A stretch of 49,451 nucleotides of DNA from assembly GCA_046331705.1 (NCBI GenBank), contig JAXLQJ010000053.1, positions 1 to 49,451 of the forward strand, in the 5' to 3' direction. Positions 48,341-49,451 of this stretch are shown here, piece after piece. Source of the DNA: a bacterium (GTDB lineage Bacteria > JADJOY01). Below the pieces are notes generated by a model. The model saw only the letters and a program-made list of their open reading frames with translations, was not told the DNA's origin and did no database searches. The stretch's first letter is position 1; the number at the start of each line of letters is the position of its first letter. A program made the translations under genes and the position numbers.

Positions 48341-48703
48341 ATGATCGCCGACCTGCTCAAGGACAACCTCACGCGTTCGCTCGCGGCCGCGTTCGTGAGC
48401 GAGGAGCAGATCGAGGCGATGGTCCGGCCGGCGCTCGAAGGCTACGGATTGCCCGCGGACGAGATCGACGCGCTGGTGGCCGAGGCGCGGGCCAACGTGC
48501 GCGCCTGGAAGGCATCGACCAGCGTGGACGTGAAGGGCATCGTTTCCGCCGGCTCGCAGGGCTTGCTCCACGCGCTCGGCATCCCCACGCGCAACGAGAT
48601 CGAAGAGCTCAAGCAGCGCCTCGACGAGCTCTCCGCGCGGCTCGGTTCCGCTACCAAGGAACGAACGAAGGCCCCGCCGCGCTCGCGCGGCGCGCGAAGC
48701 TGA
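48341..48703 (+). CDS. Phasin / PHA granule-associated-like small helical protein
   Basis: LLHALGIPTRNEIEELKQRLDELSARL motif typical of PhaF/PhaI-like proteins; directly upstream of the ABC1 kinase. Confidence 0.65.
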   Translation: MIADLLKDNLTRSLAAAFVSEEQIEAMVRPALEGYGLPADEIDALVAEARANVRAWKASTSVDVKGIVSAGSQGLLHALGIPTRNEIEELKQRLDELSARLGSATKERTKAPPRSRGARS

Positions 48704-48715
48704 GGTCCCCGCGAC

Positions 48716-49451
48716 ATGTCCTCCGTGAGCTCGATCGCGCGCTTGCCGCAGACCATCCGCAATCTGCAGCGGATGCGGGACATCCTCGCGGTCGTCACCA
48801 AGTACGGGTTCGAGGGCGTCGTCCTTCAGCTCGGGCTGGAAGGCTACGTCGATCAGGCGCGGCGACTGCTCAAGCTCTCGGTCAAGCCGAGTGACGAGTG
48901 GCAACGTTTCACGGTCGAGCAGCGCATTCGGATGATCATCGAGGAGCTTGGCCCGACCTTCATCAAGTTCGGCCAGATCCTCGCCACTCGCCCCGACCTC
49001 GTGCCGATGAGCCTGATCCTCGAGCTGCGCAAGCTCCAGGACGACGTGCCCCCGTTCTCGATGGCCGAGGCGCGCAACGTCATCGAGACCGAGCTCGGCG
49101 GCCCGGTGGACAAGTTCTTCGCGAGCTTCGACGAGCGGCCGCTCGCCGCCGCGTCCATCGCGCAGGTGCACCGCGCCACGCTTCACACCGGCGAGCGCGT
49201 CGTCATCAAGGTGCAACGCCCTGGCCTTCAGCGGATCATCGGCAACGACCTCGACATCCTGACGTTCCTGGCGGACCTGGTGCACGACAATGTGCCCGAG
49301 GCCCGTCAGTTCGATCCCAAGGGGTTGGTCGCGAACTTCGCCCAGTCGATCGTGAAGGAGATCGACTTCACGCGTGAGGCGTTCAACATCCTCAAGTTCC
49401 AGGACAACTTCCGCGACGTTCCGTGGATGAAAGCGCCGACGGTCTACACCG
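48716..49451 (+). CDS. ubiB: AarF/ABC1/UbiB family kinase (truncated by the window end)
   Basis: Read by hand from ATG 48716: ELGPTFIKFGQILATRPD, LQDDVPPF, LAAASIAQVH, VIKVQRPG, EIDFTREA. No stop before the window end. Confidence 0.9.
   Translation, partial: MSSVSSIARLPQTIRNLQRMRDILAVVTKYGFEGVVLQLGLEGYVDQARRLLKLSVKPSDEWQRFTVEQRIRMIIEELGPTFIKFGQILATRPDLVPMSLILELRKLQDDVPPFSMAEARNVIETELGGPVDKFFASFDERPLAAASIAQVHRATLHTGERVVIKVQRPGLQRIIGNDLDILTFLADLVHDNVPEARQFDPKGLVANFAQSIVKEIDFTREAFNILKFQDNFRDVPWMKAPTVYT

Overview
GC-rich (roughly 70% by eye) bacterial chromosomal window. It is probably Myxococcota/Binatota-like 'deltaproteobacterial', inferred from a MYXO-CTERM-like tail, an FHA-sigma54 activator and Ser/Thr kinases. 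It holds about 40 protein genes; I found no rRNA, tRNA, CRISPR array or intact mobile element. Housekeeping and metabolic genes are gpmI, an SDR, an archaeal-type methionine adenosyltransferase, rtcB, a frameshifted rtcA, and a phasin-like gene with a partial ubiB/ABC1 kinase. The most striking items are: (1) a candidate surface-redox module at 5385-9356, made of a membrane-anchored LuxR, a perfect CRP-type box, an Ig/FN3 lipoprotein and a half-size pentaheme MtrC/OmcA-like cytochrome apparently anchored by a C-terminal MYXO-CTERM-like tail, with no MtrA/MtrB in the window; (2) a kinase / FHA-sigma54 activator pair facing a sigma54-type promoter ahead of an orphan PilP-like lipoprotein; (3) a decayed defence islet with higBA, its operator, and an in-frame scar joining a putative SNF2 helicase N-terminus to a type III Res C-terminus, directly upstream of rtcB-rtcA; (4) an uncharacterised DUF3592 / beta-sandwich / mini-ATPase triad; (5) a 1419-aa internally duplicated membrane protein. 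All family calls come from motif recognition by eye, not from database searches.
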